Source: Nitrospinota bacterium
GTDB lineage: Bacteria; Nitrospinota; Nitrospinia; Nitrospinales; VA-1
DNA length: 64,000 nt
Assembly (NCBI GenBank): GCA_038108555.1
Contig: JAYNIA010000004.1
Location: 32,001 to 96,000 of the forward strand
Reading direction: 5' to 3'
Numbering within the stretch: the first letter of the stretch is position 1; each line of letters opens with the position of its first letter. The notes beneath the pieces are model-generated. The model did not search any database. It was given only the letters and a program-made list of their open reading frames with translations, and was not told where the DNA came from. Position numbers and translations under genes: made by a program. Shown piece after piece: positions 39,049 through 50,038 of the stretch.

Positions 39049-40190
39049 TAATCTTTTGGCTTAATTTTATTCCACTGGGAATCAGGATATAAAGGAATCC
39101 AAATTTTTCCCTTATTTTTGCGGATTTGTTTATTCAGGTTTTTGATACGAATTTCAGCGGATGGATGGGTGGATAAATATGAAAACCAATTGCTGGAATC
39201 CTCAGACTTTGAAAGGGTCGATGCTTTTTTTTCTATTTCTAATTCTTTTTCCAATAACTTTTCAAAAATAGTTATCATCCCTTCCGGATTGATTTTTGCC
39301 TGCAACATCAATTCAACTCCTCTGGAGTCGGCCTCCAACTCCATCTTTCGGCTGAGGCCAAGGGTATTAAGTTCTCCTGCCATACTCAACACTCCATCTA
39401 AAACCACATTCGCATCTCCCACAACTAGAGCCATCAGCATTCCAGATGCAAGGTTTCTTATTATCCCTTTTGTCGAATGCTTTAAAAAAATATGCTGGAC
39501 TTCATGAGCCAGTACCCCCGCCAATTCCTCTGGAGAGTCTGCAATCTTAAGCAGGCCCTCAAACACAATTATATTTCCTCCCGGAAGGGCCAGCGCATTC
39601 ACTTCTTTGGTTTTTAAAATAAATATTTTTAGATTATATGGAGTTTCCTCCGACATACTTTGCTTGAGCAGGCGAAGAATGTCCTGAAGAAGTGAAATTA
39701 CTTTAGGATCCGGTTTTTTTTCGACAGGAAATGCAGTCAAAACAGCATCCCCCAACCTCTCTTCCCATTCAACAGGAATTTCATCTACAAACTGATCTAC
39801 CAGATAGTCGGGAAATACTTTTAGAGCCCCATATAAAAACAGGATTAAGATTAATAATCCCGCTGTAAAAAATTTCCAGTTTAGAGATGTATGCTTTTGA
39901 GGAATAAGAAAATTATCTGGAGAAATGCGAGTACAATTTTCTAAAAATTCCGGGTCTTCTACAACTAAAGTTTGTAAAAGTTTTCCTTCCGGGCTACTTA
40001 CCTCATGTTCAATATTAAAAGGAGTGGTTTCTGCCATCCATCGAAGATTGGGATAGAACCAATTTAATTTCTCGCTGCTGGATTGGGTTAGGGAAATGTA
40101 ATGGGGAGTTAATTCGATTCGGACAGGATGTTTTTGAGCACTTTTCCCGTCAAACAGGAAGCCGCTGAATTGCAATTTTCGGGTTACCAT
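39048..40190 (-). CDS. M48 family metallopeptidase (DUF898-partner type)
   Basis: FDGKSA N-domain; VNALALPGG, AGVLAHEVQH, ELEAD, YLSTHP. Confidence 0.88.
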   Translation of the reverse strand: MVTRKLQFSGFLFDGKSAQKHPVRIELTPHYISLTQSSSEKLNWFYPNLRWMAETTPFNIEHEVSSPEGKLLQTLVVEDPEFLENCTRISPDNFLIPQKHTSLNWKFFTAGLLILILFLYGALKVFPDYLVDQFVDEIPVEWEERLGDAVLTAFPVEKKPDPKVISLLQDILRLLKQSMSEETPYNLKIFILKTKEVNALALPGGNIIVFEGLLKIADSPEELAGVLAHEVQHIFLKHSTKGIIRNLASGMLMALVVGDANVVLDGVLSMAGELNTLGLSRKMELEADSRGVELMLQAKINPEGMITIFEKLLEKELEIEKKASTLSKSEDSSNWFSYLSTHPSAEIRIKNLNKQIRKNKGKIWIPLYPDSQWNKIKPKD

Positions 40191-40217
40191 GCCGGAGACC
40201 CGCAGTTAAGGGAAGGT

Positions 40218-41459
40218 TTAGCCAATGTCAATGGGTACGTCCATAAGGTCCATACCTTCTTCGCCAAATGCCCCACTGTCTTTCATTTCTTGGACAACCC
40301 GGTTTAATTCGATATTTCCTGCAAGAGTTAAATGGTCAGCAATAAATTTTCGATTGCGAACCACCACCCAGGAATAGCCCAGACCAAGAGTAAATAATAA
40401 CAGGAAAAAGTTGGTCACTTTTAAATTCATATAGTCCCGCCCCTTAATTGGAAAATGGAACGTGGCCCCTCCAATATGGGTGTGTGACCAGATATAGCGG
40501 CTCAAGTCTGCAATGAACCAGAACATGTAAAATCCCAGAGTTAACGGAGTAAGGAATAATGCCAAAATAAATTTTTTCAGAAAATCTTTTCCTTTTCCAG
40601 AGAAACGCATTTGCATATCTCCGAACCAGGAATTTTCCCGCCAAAATTTTTCATTTTCCATTGTGAAAAAAGGCCAATAAAGCCCCAGGGTTAGTGGGAC
40701 AAAGAAATAACCTTTAAAGTAAATGGATAAAGCTTCCCGTCCATTTCCTCTGAAAGAAAATCTTATTCCCCGCCAGGCAGTTCTTGAAAGTCGATACCTC
40801 CACGCGCCAACCATTAAAAAAGGAATCGCCAGTGTTATAAGGACGGTTAAAATATTTCCAACCAGTTCACCCTCTGTTTCACCTAACATGAAGTAGGCAT
40901 AACTATTCACTGCGATGACAAAAAGAATAATCAGCCCAAACCTGACCGCCCCCCGTAGTAGCTCTTTGGCCGTACCGTGATAGGACAACCTGTCACCCGC
41001 AAAAAGAGTTTGTGACCAGAGGTACTGGCGCACTTTCGTTTTGGCCCAGAACCGATAAATGCCGAGAGTTACAACCGTTTTAATAAGGTTGGAGAAATGG
41101 ATACCGAATAAAGTCCGGCCATCTCCTTGAAATCCCATCCGGTGGGAGGATGCATTGTCCGGCAAAGAAGGTACTTCGGTTTTTTCTTCCGGGGTGGTTT
41201 CAGGTTCGGGTAGAGGTTCCACCCCGTTTGTCACAGATTGAATGTCTACTGAAAAGCCGAGACTGCGCAAGTATTTGGAAGCAACGCTGGCCTGGGAACC
41301 GGAAATGGTATGGTGGAAACGCCAGGGGACCCCCTGACATAGGCTCTCCATGACTTCCAGTCCATTTTCCTGATCCAGTCGGAAAACTTTGGAGAGTTCC
41401 GCTGCGGCGGCTTTTTTACTTTCCCCGGACCAGGTGTTCAAAGTTATCTGACTACTCAT
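40218..41459 (-). CDS. DUF898/YjgN family membrane protein with extra N-terminal domain
   Basis: TLGIYRFWAKTKVRQYLWSQT; repeated TLGLY motifs. Confidence 0.88.
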   Translation of the reverse strand: MSSQITLNTWSGESKKAAAAELSKVFRLDQENGLEVMESLCQGVPWRFHHTISGSQASVASKYLRSLGFSVDIQSVTNGVEPLPEPETTPEEKTEVPSLPDNASSHRMGFQGDGRTLFGIHFSNLIKTVVTLGIYRFWAKTKVRQYLWSQTLFAGDRLSYHGTAKELLRGAVRFGLIILFVIAVNSYAYFMLGETEGELVGNILTVLITLAIPFLMVGAWRYRLSRTAWRGIRFSFRGNGREALSIYFKGYFFVPLTLGLYWPFFTMENEKFWRENSWFGDMQMRFSGKGKDFLKKFILALFLTPLTLGFYMFWFIADLSRYIWSHTHIGGATFHFPIKGRDYMNLKVTNFFLLLFTLGLGYSWVVVRNRKFIADHLTLAGNIELNRVVQEMKDSGAFGEEGMDLMDVPIDIG

Positions 41460-41530
41460 TTTCGGGCCCTCCTCCTTTAGCGCCCAGAAATTCTATCTCT
41501 TGTTATAACTTTTGGGGAGTGTATGTACGT

Positions 41531-42415
41531 TTATTTAAAATCGTAAGCAACGTTTTGCTCGGCCCAGCCCAGGAATCCATCCTTTTTTGGATCTCCCGTA
41601 TAATCCTTTGCGCCTTTAGCCCAGGTTTCCGGCTGATCCCAATTGTCTCCGTAATGATATAAATACATTTTAGATTTTACTTCATCCGGCAAGGTATTCA
41701 ATTCCTGATAAGAAGCATGCACCCCGCCATAGAACAGTTGAGTATCGTGAAACATCACTTCAGACATTTTACTGAAACGGATGGGATAATCCGCATCAAA
41801 CATGGTGTCCCCGGAAATCCATACCCGCCGGTTAATAAACGCGCCTGAACACCACTGCGATTCATCGACACTGATAGCGGTGTCCGGGAAATGACGGGTC
41901 CTCATTATCACCAGTTCGATGGGACCATGTTTGTAAGACCAGAATTTTCTTCCTTCGATCTCAATATTCTGGGGTCGTAGGATATTAAAAAAATCATTCA
42001 ATTGAAGCGGACGGCCCTGATCGGCTTCACAAGACTCACATCCCCCGGCAAGACTTTTGCTCCAAAGCAGATCCTGATAATCACGTAAAATTATCATGTC
42101 GGGTTTTTCTGCATTGGGGGTGTATCGATTCATCAAAGCAACTTCTTCCAAGCCACCTATATGATCTGCATGACTATGTGTAGGGTGGTAACAACGAACT
42201 TTCAAAACACTCAACCCAACGTCATTCAACGCCAGGGGTCCCTGTGTTCCACAATCTATCAATATATGATAGTCACCCTGAATGATGAGCATGTTGGATT
42301 GCCTTCGCCTTTTGGCAAAAGCGGAACCCGTACCAATAAAAACGATTCGAAGGTGCCCATCCGTGGTCAAGGGGAGAGGGGTGCCATTCTTGCAAATTTC
42401 ATTCACCTCGTACAT
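41531..42415 (-). CDS. Metallo-beta-lactamase fold hydrolase (RNase Z/cNMP phosphodiesterase-like)
   Basis: GTGSAF, LIDCG, THSHADHIGG, SGDT, HD...VHA, LYHY. Confidence 0.85.
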   Translation of the reverse strand: MYEVNEICKNGTPLPLTTDGHLRIVFIGTGSAFAKRRRQSNMLIIQGDYHILIDCGTQGPLALNDVGLSVLKVRCYHPTHSHADHIGGLEEVALMNRYTPNAEKPDMIILRDYQDLLWSKSLAGGCESCEADQGRPLQLNDFFNILRPQNIEIEGRKFWSYKHGPIELVIMRTRHFPDTAISVDESQWCSGAFINRRVWISGDTMFDADYPIRFSKMSEVMFHDTQLFYGGVHASYQELNTLPDEVKSKMYLYHYGDNWDQPETWAKGAKDYTGDPKKDGFLGWAEQNVAYDFK

Positions 42416-42802
42416 ACGTGCCTCCTTAATATCTCCCCGAAACTACAAGATTGGAACAGTTGAAATAATAATCTATTCATACATAAATCAATAGTCAAAA
42501 ATGTCGAGGAACACCGTAGCACAAAAGCAGGGCACTCGTCCATAACAGTTTGATTTTTAGGCATAAAATGATATTTTGCCCAAAAAATTATTGGCTTTCC
42601 CATAATGCTACAGCCAGGTCCGTTTGTTTCAAAAATCCAATGCTAAATTAAAAAGACGATTGGGGATACACTTTAACAACCCGATTTGGGTACAACTCAT
42701 TGATTCTCCATAACCCACTTGTCAATTGAATTGGGGAATTGGGAAAAATTAAGTTATAATCCTGAATCCCCGGCGTACCGGATCAATAATTTCCCTAATG
42801 AA

Positions 42803-44008
42803 ATGAAACATTTAGTAGTGGTTGTGACGGGCCTGACGGACAAGCCCATTGCAGAAAAAGATAATAAGACCCCTTTGCAACTCGCAGAGACCCCCAATTT
42901 GGATGCTTTGGTCCAAAAGGGTCAATGTGGGCCTGTGCAAACGATTCCGGATAACCTTCATCCTGGAAGCGAAGTTTCAGGACTGGGCCTTTTCGGCTAC
43001 GATCCGGAAAAATATAAAGCCGGAACAGCGGCATTGGATGCGGCAGCGCTTGGTATTAAAACCGAAGAAGGTGAAATTGCTTTATGTTGTGACCTGGTAA
43101 CCCTTCAAGCCACCCATGACGATATGGTAATGAAGGACTATACAGGTGGGAACCTGACTCCAGAAGATTCCGAGCTTTTAATCAACGCATTAAACGAACA
43201 GGTGAGGGACGCATCGGTCACTTTCCATTACGGAAGGGGATATCATAATCTTGCAGTCATAAAAAATCCTCCAATACTGAAAAGATTGTCACCGCCCAAT
43301 GAATTGATCGGTGAAGGCATCCGTCAGTTCATGCCAGAGGGTAAAGACGTTCGCGATCTGGTTTTTGTAATGAACCAGGCACAAATTATTTTGCACAATC
43401 TCCCCTATAATAAAGAGCGCACCAAGGAACAAAAAGATCCTGTCAACAGTATCTGGTTTTGGGGAAACGGAGAAGCGCCCCAGTTACCTTCCTTTAAAGA
43501 CAGGTTTGGAAAATCGGCCTCGGTTATATCCGCTTCTTCTACAATTAAGGGGATAGGAAAACTGACCGGGATGGATGTATTGGAAGTTGAAGGAGCCACC
43601 GGTTTCTTCAACACAAATTATTCCAATAAGGTAAAGGCCGCACTATCGGAGTTGGAAAAGAAAGATGTGGTCTTTCTCCATATAGGCGCAGGGGAAGAAG
43701 TCTCTCTTAAAGGGAACGTTGACGATAAAATTCTGGCGATTGAAGATTTTGATTCAGAAGTTGTCAAACCCATTGCTCAAGCATTGGAGACGCAGGAAGA
43801 TACAAAACTGTTAATCGTCGTGCCTCATGTCAGTTCTGTAATGTTAATGAAATATGACCGGGCACCGGTACCTTATCTGGTTTATTCATCGAAACCTTCA
43901 GAAAATACTTCAGGACTGTCGGAATATGACGAAAAAATATTAGAAACAGGAAAAAGCTTTAACACAGCATCTGAACTCATTGAATCATTTTTAAAAAATG
44001 AAATTTAA
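42803..44008 (+). CDS. ApgM-like cofactor-independent phosphoglycerate mutase homolog with degenerate active site
   Basis: KTPLQLAETPNLDAL, PGSEV, GYDP, WFWG, VEGATG..NTNY, PVPY; metal ligands substituted. Confidence 0.8.
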   Translation: MKHLVVVVTGLTDKPIAEKDNKTPLQLAETPNLDALVQKGQCGPVQTIPDNLHPGSEVSGLGLFGYDPEKYKAGTAALDAAALGIKTEEGEIALCCDLVTLQATHDDMVMKDYTGGNLTPEDSELLINALNEQVRDASVTFHYGRGYHNLAVIKNPPILKRLSPPNELIGEGIRQFMPEGKDVRDLVFVMNQAQIILHNLPYNKERTKEQKDPVNSIWFWGNGEAPQLPSFKDRFGKSASVISASSTIKGIGKLTGMDVLEVEGATGFFNTNYSNKVKAALSELEKKDVVFLHIGAGEEVSLKGNVDDKILAIEDFDSEVVKPIAQALETQEDTKLLIVVPHVSSVMLMKYDRAPVPYLVYSSKPSENTSGLSEYDEKILETGKSFNTASELIESFLKNEI

Positions 44009-44017
44009 AAACAAAAT

Positions 44018-45313
44018 ATGAACATGCCTCTTGTAGTACAAAAATACGGCGGTACCTCAGTGGGGAGCCTGGATCGTATTCAAAATGTTGCACAAAGGAT
44101 TGCGCGTCTTAGAAAAACCGGAACCCAGGTGGTTGTCGTTGTTTCAGCGATGGCAGGTGAAACCGATAAACTGATAAGGATGGCGGGTAAAATTTGCAAA
44201 AATCCTGAAAGAAGAGAAATGGATCTTCTTTTATCATCAGGGGAAAGAATATCCAGCGCACTTTTAACGATGGCACTTCAGTCCCTCGGTGTTTCTGCGA
44301 TTTCAATGACGGGAAGGCAAATTGGGTTACAAACAGACGATGTGCATACCCGGGCTAGAATAAAACAGATTGATGCGAAAAGAGCGCGAAAAGCCTTAAA
44401 GGATAACAATGTTATTGTTGTTGCCGGGTTTCAGGGAATAAACAAACAAGGCGATGTAACCACTCTTGGCCGTGGAGGTTCTGACACTTCAGCGGTGGCC
44501 CTGGCCGTTGCCCTGGGTGCTTCTCAATGCGAAATTTTAACCGATGTGGATGGAGTTTATACCGCAGACCCGAGAATGGTACCCAAGGCAAGAAAACTGG
44601 ATGTGGTATCGTATGATGAAATGCTGGAGATGGCCAGCCTGGGTGCCAAAGTTCTGCAAATTCGTTGCGTTGAATTTGCCCATAAATTCCAAATGCCATT
44701 AGTTGTTAAATCCTCCTATATTGAAGGAGGAAAAGGAACTTTGATCTGTGAGGAGGATCCAAAAATGGAACAACCGGTCGTTTCCGGAGTTATGTACGAT
44801 AAAAATCAGGCAAAAATCACCCTGAAAGAAGTTCCTGATCAACCGGGGATTGCCGCCAATATTTTTCAGCCTATTGCCGCAGCGGGTCTTTCCGTTGATA
44901 TGATTATCCAGAATATAAGCGCGGAGGGCCATACGGATTTATCTTTTACTCTTGGCCGGGGAGAACTGAATGAGGCCATGCTTATTATGGAAAAAGTCGC
45001 CAAAAAGATTCGCGCCGGAAAAGTAACCGCAGATTCAAAAATTGCAAAAATCTCGGTTGTTGGTGCTGGAATGAGGAGTCATTCAGGGGTAGCGGCAGGA
45101 ATTTTCAAGTCACTTTCAAAAGAAAAAATAAATATCCTGATGATAAGCACTTCAGAAATTAAAGTGTCGTGCATCATAGATCAAAAGCAAACCAAAGCAG
45201 CTGTCAATGCGCTTCATAAAACATTTGGCCTGGATAAAAAACCCAAAGCAATGAAGAGTATTGAAAAACCCAAAAGCAAGGCCAGCAAAAAATCAAATAC
45301 CAAGAAAAAATGA
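44018..45313 (+). CDS. lysC: Aspartate kinase
   Basis: [20 protein letters not shown], two ACT domains. Confidence 0.96.
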   Translation: MNMPLVVQKYGGTSVGSLDRIQNVAQRIARLRKTGTQVVVVVSAMAGETDKLIRMAGKICKNPERREMDLLLSSGERISSALLTMALQSLGVSAISMTGRQIGLQTDDVHTRARIKQIDAKRARKALKDNNVIVVAGFQGINKQGDVTTLGRGGSDTSAVALAVALGASQCEILTDVDGVYTADPRMVPKARKLDVVSYDEMLEMASLGAKVLQIRCVEFAHKFQMPLVVKSSYIEGGKGTLICEEDPKMEQPVVSGVMYDKNQAKITLKEVPDQPGIAANIFQPIAAAGLSVDMIIQNISAEGHTDLSFTLGRGELNEAMLIMEKVAKKIRAGKVTADSKIAKISVVGAGMRSHSGVAAGIFKSLSKEKINILMISTSEIKVSCIIDQKQTKAAVNALHKTFGLDKKPKAMKSIEKPKSKASKKSNTKKK

Positions 45314-46902
45314 GTTCTGTAAAAATATATGACACCACCCTTCGAGACGGTTCACAAGCCGAAGGCATCTCCTTCACGGTTGAGGACAAAATTCGCATCG
45401 CCCAGAAACTGGACGAGATGGGGGTGCATTATGTCGAAGGAGGCTGGCCAGGATCAAATCCGCGGGATATTGATTTTTTTTCCAAAGCCAATCGTGCCAA
45501 CTTTTCGCAAACAAAAATTACCGCGTTTGGAAGCACACGTTATCCCGAAAAAAAAGTTGAGGAAGATGTCGTCATTCAGGCCCTTTTAAAAACTGAAACT
45601 GAAGTCGTCACTCTTTTTGGAAAAACCTGGGATCTGCATGTTAGCGAAGCGCTATCCACAAGCCTCGATGAAAACCTTCGGATGATTTTTGAGAGCATAA
45701 ACTATTTGAAAAAATATCGGACCGAAGTTTTATTTGATGCCGAACATTTTTTTGATGGGTATAAAAATAATCCCGACTACGCGATAAGAGCCATCAAAGA
45801 GGCAGAATCCGCAGGGGCGGACTGGGTGGTACTTTGTGATACGAATGGCGGGTCGCTTCCCGGTGAAGTGCATACCATATTTTCAGAAGTAAAAAAATTG
45901 GTTGGAGTCCGCTTGGGAATTCACGCCCACAATGATTCCGAAGTTGCCGTGGCAAACTCGCTCCGCGCTGTAGAGGCGGGAGCCGAACAGGTTCAGGGAA
46001 CCGTCAACGGAATCGGGGAAAGGTGCGGCAACGCAAACCTGATTTCAATAATCCCCAATTTGAAATTAAAAATGGGTCGCGAATGCATATCCGATGAACA
46101 ACTCGAAACCTTAAAAGATGTTTCTGCGTTTGTGGATGAGCTGGCTAACAAAGCCCATTGGAACCAGCAACCCTTTGTTGGGAAAAGTGCATTTGCTCAT
46201 AAAGGGGGCGTTCATGTGAGTGCGGTTCGAAAAAATTCTAAAACCTATGAACATATCAAACCGGAGGCCGTTGGTAATAGTCAGCGTATTCTTATCTCCG
46301 ACCTTTCTGGAAAGAGCAATGTTCTCCATAAGGCAAAAGAGTTTGGAATTGATGTCGATGACAACGACCCCAAAATCCAGAAAATTCTCCAAACCCTTAA
46401 AGAATCCGAAAATCTTGGGTTTCAGTTTGAGGGAGCCGAGGCCTCTTTCGAATTATTGATGCGCGATGCATTGGGGGAAAAAGAAGTCTTCTTCGAGTTC
46501 ATTGGCTTCCGTGTCATTGTTGAAAAAAGGCAGGAAGACGAGGAACCTATTTCTGAAGCGACTGTAAAACTGAAAGTCAATGGAATGCAGGAAGTTTCGG
46601 CAGCGGAAGGAATAGGACCTGTCAATGCATTGGATAAAGCCATCAAAAAGGCCCTTATAAAATTTTATCCTGAACTGGATGAAGTTAATCTCTATGATTT
46701 CAAAGTGCGAATTCTGGAAGAGAAAAAAGGAACACGTGCAAAAACCCGGGTTTTGATTGAATCCGGTGACCATCACACCAAATGGGGCACCGTGGGGGTC
46801 TCCGAAAATATCATTGAAGCCAGTTGGCAGGCTTTAATCGATAGCATCGCATACAAACTCAACGCCTTCTCAAGAAGCACCCTCTCCAAACCCCAGAAAT
46901 AA
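45310..46902 (+). CDS. cimA: Citramalate synthase (LeuA/CimA family)
   Basis: [36 protein letters not shown]. Confidence 0.9.
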   Translation: MSSVKIYDTTLRDGSQAEGISFTVEDKIRIAQKLDEMGVHYVEGGWPGSNPRDIDFFSKANRANFSQTKITAFGSTRYPEKKVEEDVVIQALLKTETEVVTLFGKTWDLHVSEALSTSLDENLRMIFESINYLKKYRTEVLFDAEHFFDGYKNNPDYAIRAIKEAESAGADWVVLCDTNGGSLPGEVHTIFSEVKKLVGVRLGIHAHNDSEVAVANSLRAVEAGAEQVQGTVNGIGERCGNANLISIIPNLKLKMGRECISDEQLETLKDVSAFVDELANKAHWNQQPFVGKSAFAHKGGVHVSAVRKNSKTYEHIKPEAVGNSQRILISDLSGKSNVLHKAKEFGIDVDDNDPKIQKILQTLKESENLGFQFEGAEASFELLMRDALGEKEVFFEFIGFRVIVEKRQEDEEPISEATVKLKVNGMQEVSAAEGIGPVNALDKAIKKALIKFYPELDEVNLYDFKVRILEEKKGTRAKTRVLIESGDHHTKWGTVGVSENIIEASWQALIDSIAYKLNAFSRSTLSKPQK

Positions 46903-47263
46903 ATCCCCGGGATTGAGGAGAGGGGTTTTCCCACATAAATAAGACATTTAGCCTAGAAAAATATTTCTACTTCCGATTATTTTACATAGACACTCTAAAA
47001 GTAAATCTTAACCCTCTCCGCAAATTACATCCGAAAATAATTATCCTTTATCAAATAATTTCATATAAATCATCATAATTTTAAGTTTTTGTTAAATATT
47101 TATTTGATATTGGAAATCTATTGCAATACTTTTATTTTCCTTGTAATATTTTTTCATTCATTTTTTTAATACGCGGAATTTTTGCGCGCAATTGAAATAT
47201 AGGCTTATCAAATTTTCTTAATGGGGGAGGGTCTTTTCCCGGAAAAGATACTCGGAGGATAAA

Positions 47264-50026
47264 ATGCTTGATTGGTTCAAAAAATTAAAAATAGTAAAAA
47301 AAATTCAAACAGGCTTTACTCTTGTGGGCCTGATTATGGTGATTATTGTTTCTAATGCTATTTGGCAAACCAAGGAAGTCAAAAACATCTCAGACAGAGT
47401 TGTTGACCTTCGCGTTCCAACCGCACAAAACAGTTTGATGATGCTGAATGGTATCAACCACTCTTTGGCTGCACTTCGCGGATGGATGATTCTTGGGAAG
47501 GATAAATTTAAAGCTGAACGTGAAAAGGCCTGGTCCCAGGAAATTGAGCCTTCCCTGGATAAGATGGAAAAGTTTTCCAAAAACTGGACCAATCCAAAAA
47601 ATATTCAACGCTTGGAAGTTATTAAAACAAAACTTAAAGACTTTAAAAATTTCCAGGCAGAAATTGAATCGATATCTGGCTCCATTGATAACCTGCCCGC
47701 CAATAAAATTCTTTTTAAAGAAGCGGCACCAAAAGCAAGTATTCTGGTAACCACCATTACAAAAATAATCAATATCGAAGGAACCTTAGAAGCCACACCC
47801 AAACGGAAAGCACTTTTGGGAATGATGGCTGACATCCGGGGAACCACAGCCCGTTCCTTAGCTAACATCCGAGCTTATCTTTTATCCGGGAATCAAAAGT
47901 TTAAGGACAGTTTTGATGTTATGTGGGCAAAGAATATTCGTCGATTCGGAGATTTAACCGAAAATAAAAATCTTTTGAACCCTGAGCAATCAAGATTGTT
48001 TCAGGAGTTTACTGATGCACGAAGTGCATTTGCCCCGCTTCCTGAAAAAATGTTTTCCATTCGCTGAGGAAATGAATGGAACATTGCCAACACCTGGTTG
48101 GGTACCAAAGCGGCCCCTACTGCTTTTGCCATTAAAGAACAGTTAGACGCAATGACCCTGAATCAAAAGCAGCTTCTGGCCACAGATATGCTTACCTCAA
48201 AAAATCGCTCTGATTCCTTAATCAGAAATCTCTGGATTTTACTTTTTGCAGGACTTGCATTGACCATCTTTTTTGCAAGAGTCATAGTCAAAGCAGTTAG
48301 GAAACCCATTAAAGATGCAGACCGTGTACAAGCCATGGTTGAAAATGCACCCTTCAACTTTATGATGGCAGATAAGGACTTTAATATCATTTATGCAAAC
48401 CCGGCGACAAAGAAAACCCTTAAATTTTTAGAACAGTATCTGCCTATCCCGGCTGATCAAGTCGTTGGAAAAAGTATTGATCTATTTCATAAAAATCCGG
48501 CTCAGCAACGAAAACTTTTATCTGATCCCAACAATTTACCTTACCATGCGCAAATCCATTTGGGGCCTGAAATTCTGGACCTGGAGGTTTGCGCCATAAT
48601 TGATAGAAATGGAAATTATACGGGTCCCATGATCACCTGGAATGTGATTACTGAAAAAGTTGCCCAGGAAAAGAAGATCAATCGTCTTGCGGGATTCGTT
48701 GAAAACAATCCGGGTAACATGATCGCTGCAGATAGAGACCTTATTATTCAATATATGAATCCGGCCTCTAAAAAAGTACTAAAAACTCTGGAACAATATC
48801 TGCCTGTAAAAGTAGATGAAATTGTTGGGAAATCGGTTGACCTGTTCCATAAGAATCCAGAGCACCAGCGTAAAATACTTTCTGATCCTTCCAATCTCCC
48901 ACATGAAGCCATGATTCAAGTGGGGCCTGAAATTCTAAAACTCAGCATCACCGCAAACATCGATGAAAAAGGAGAATATTTGGGACCGATGGTGGATTGG
49001 GGAATTTTTACGGAACAAGTGGAAAAAGAAAAAATCGCCAACGAGGCTACTGAGCGGGAACAAAAACAAGCCAAAGAGCTCCAGGAAAAAGTTGATGTCA
49101 TGCTCGGCGTCGTTGAATCTGCATCGAAAGGAGATCTTACAAAAGAAGTAACGGTCAATGGTACCGATTCCATCGGTCAAATGGCTGCTGGATTGTCCAC
49201 CTTTCTGGCAACACTCAGGGAAAATATTTCTGAAATTGGAAAAAATGCGGAAAGTCTCGAAAGCTCCTCTGGAGAACTAACCGATGTCAGTCACCTCATG
49301 GCAGGAAATGCCGAAGAAACTTCCAACCAGGCCAATGTGGTTTCTGCAGCTTCTGAAGAGATCAGCAAAAATGTTCAGACCGTTGCCACTGGAATTGAAG
49401 AAATGACAGCAAGCATCAGCGAGATTGCTCAAAACGCGAATGAAGCGGCTAGAGTCACGCAAAAAGCTGTTGAAGCGGCTGAAAATACCAATACAACGGT
49501 TAAAAAATTGGGGGAAAGTTCCATTGAAATTGGACAGGTTATTAAAGTAATCACCTCTATCGCAGAGCAAACCAATCTACTGGCATTGAATGCAACCATT
49601 GAAGCTGCGCGAGCCGGAGAAGCTGGAAAAGGTTTTGCAGTTGTTGCAAATGAAGTAAAAGAACTTGCAAACCAGACATCAAAAGCAACAGAGGATATCA
49701 GCCAGAAAATTCAGGCCATCCAGGTTGATTCGCAAAACTCGGAAGAGGCCATAGACAACATAAGCAAAATTATTAACCGCATTAACGATATTGCCAATAC
49801 CATTACCAGTGCTGTTGAGGAACAAACCGCCACTACCAATGAAATTGGCCGAAACATCGCTGAAGCGGCTGCAGGTACTCAGGAAATTTCCCAAAATATT
49901 ACCGGGGTAGCTACTGCTGCCCAAAGTACGACTCAGGGAGCAACAGATACTCAAACCTCAGCTCAAAGTATGGCGGAAGTTTCAAGAGAATTGAAGGGGC
50001 TGGTGGAAATCTTTAAAACCTCATAA
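47264..50026 (+). pseudogene. Methyl-accepting chemotaxis protein (periplasmic sensor, two PAS, signalling domain) interrupted by an in-frame TGA at 48065-48067
   Basis: ORFs 47264-48067 and 48098-50026 share one frame, separated only by TGA ([21 protein letters not shown]); [30 protein letters not shown]. Confidence 0.85.
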
Positions 50027-50038
50027 AAACCACTTCGA

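Noticed and set aside
47110..47125. Sigma54-like TGGAAATCTATTGCA upstream of the MCP
   Set aside because: GG-to-GC spacing is 9 nt rather than the required 10.
48065..48067. Selenocysteine at the MCP TGA
   Set aside because: Not a Cys/redox position in this kind of domain, and no convincing SECIS-like hairpin directly downstream.
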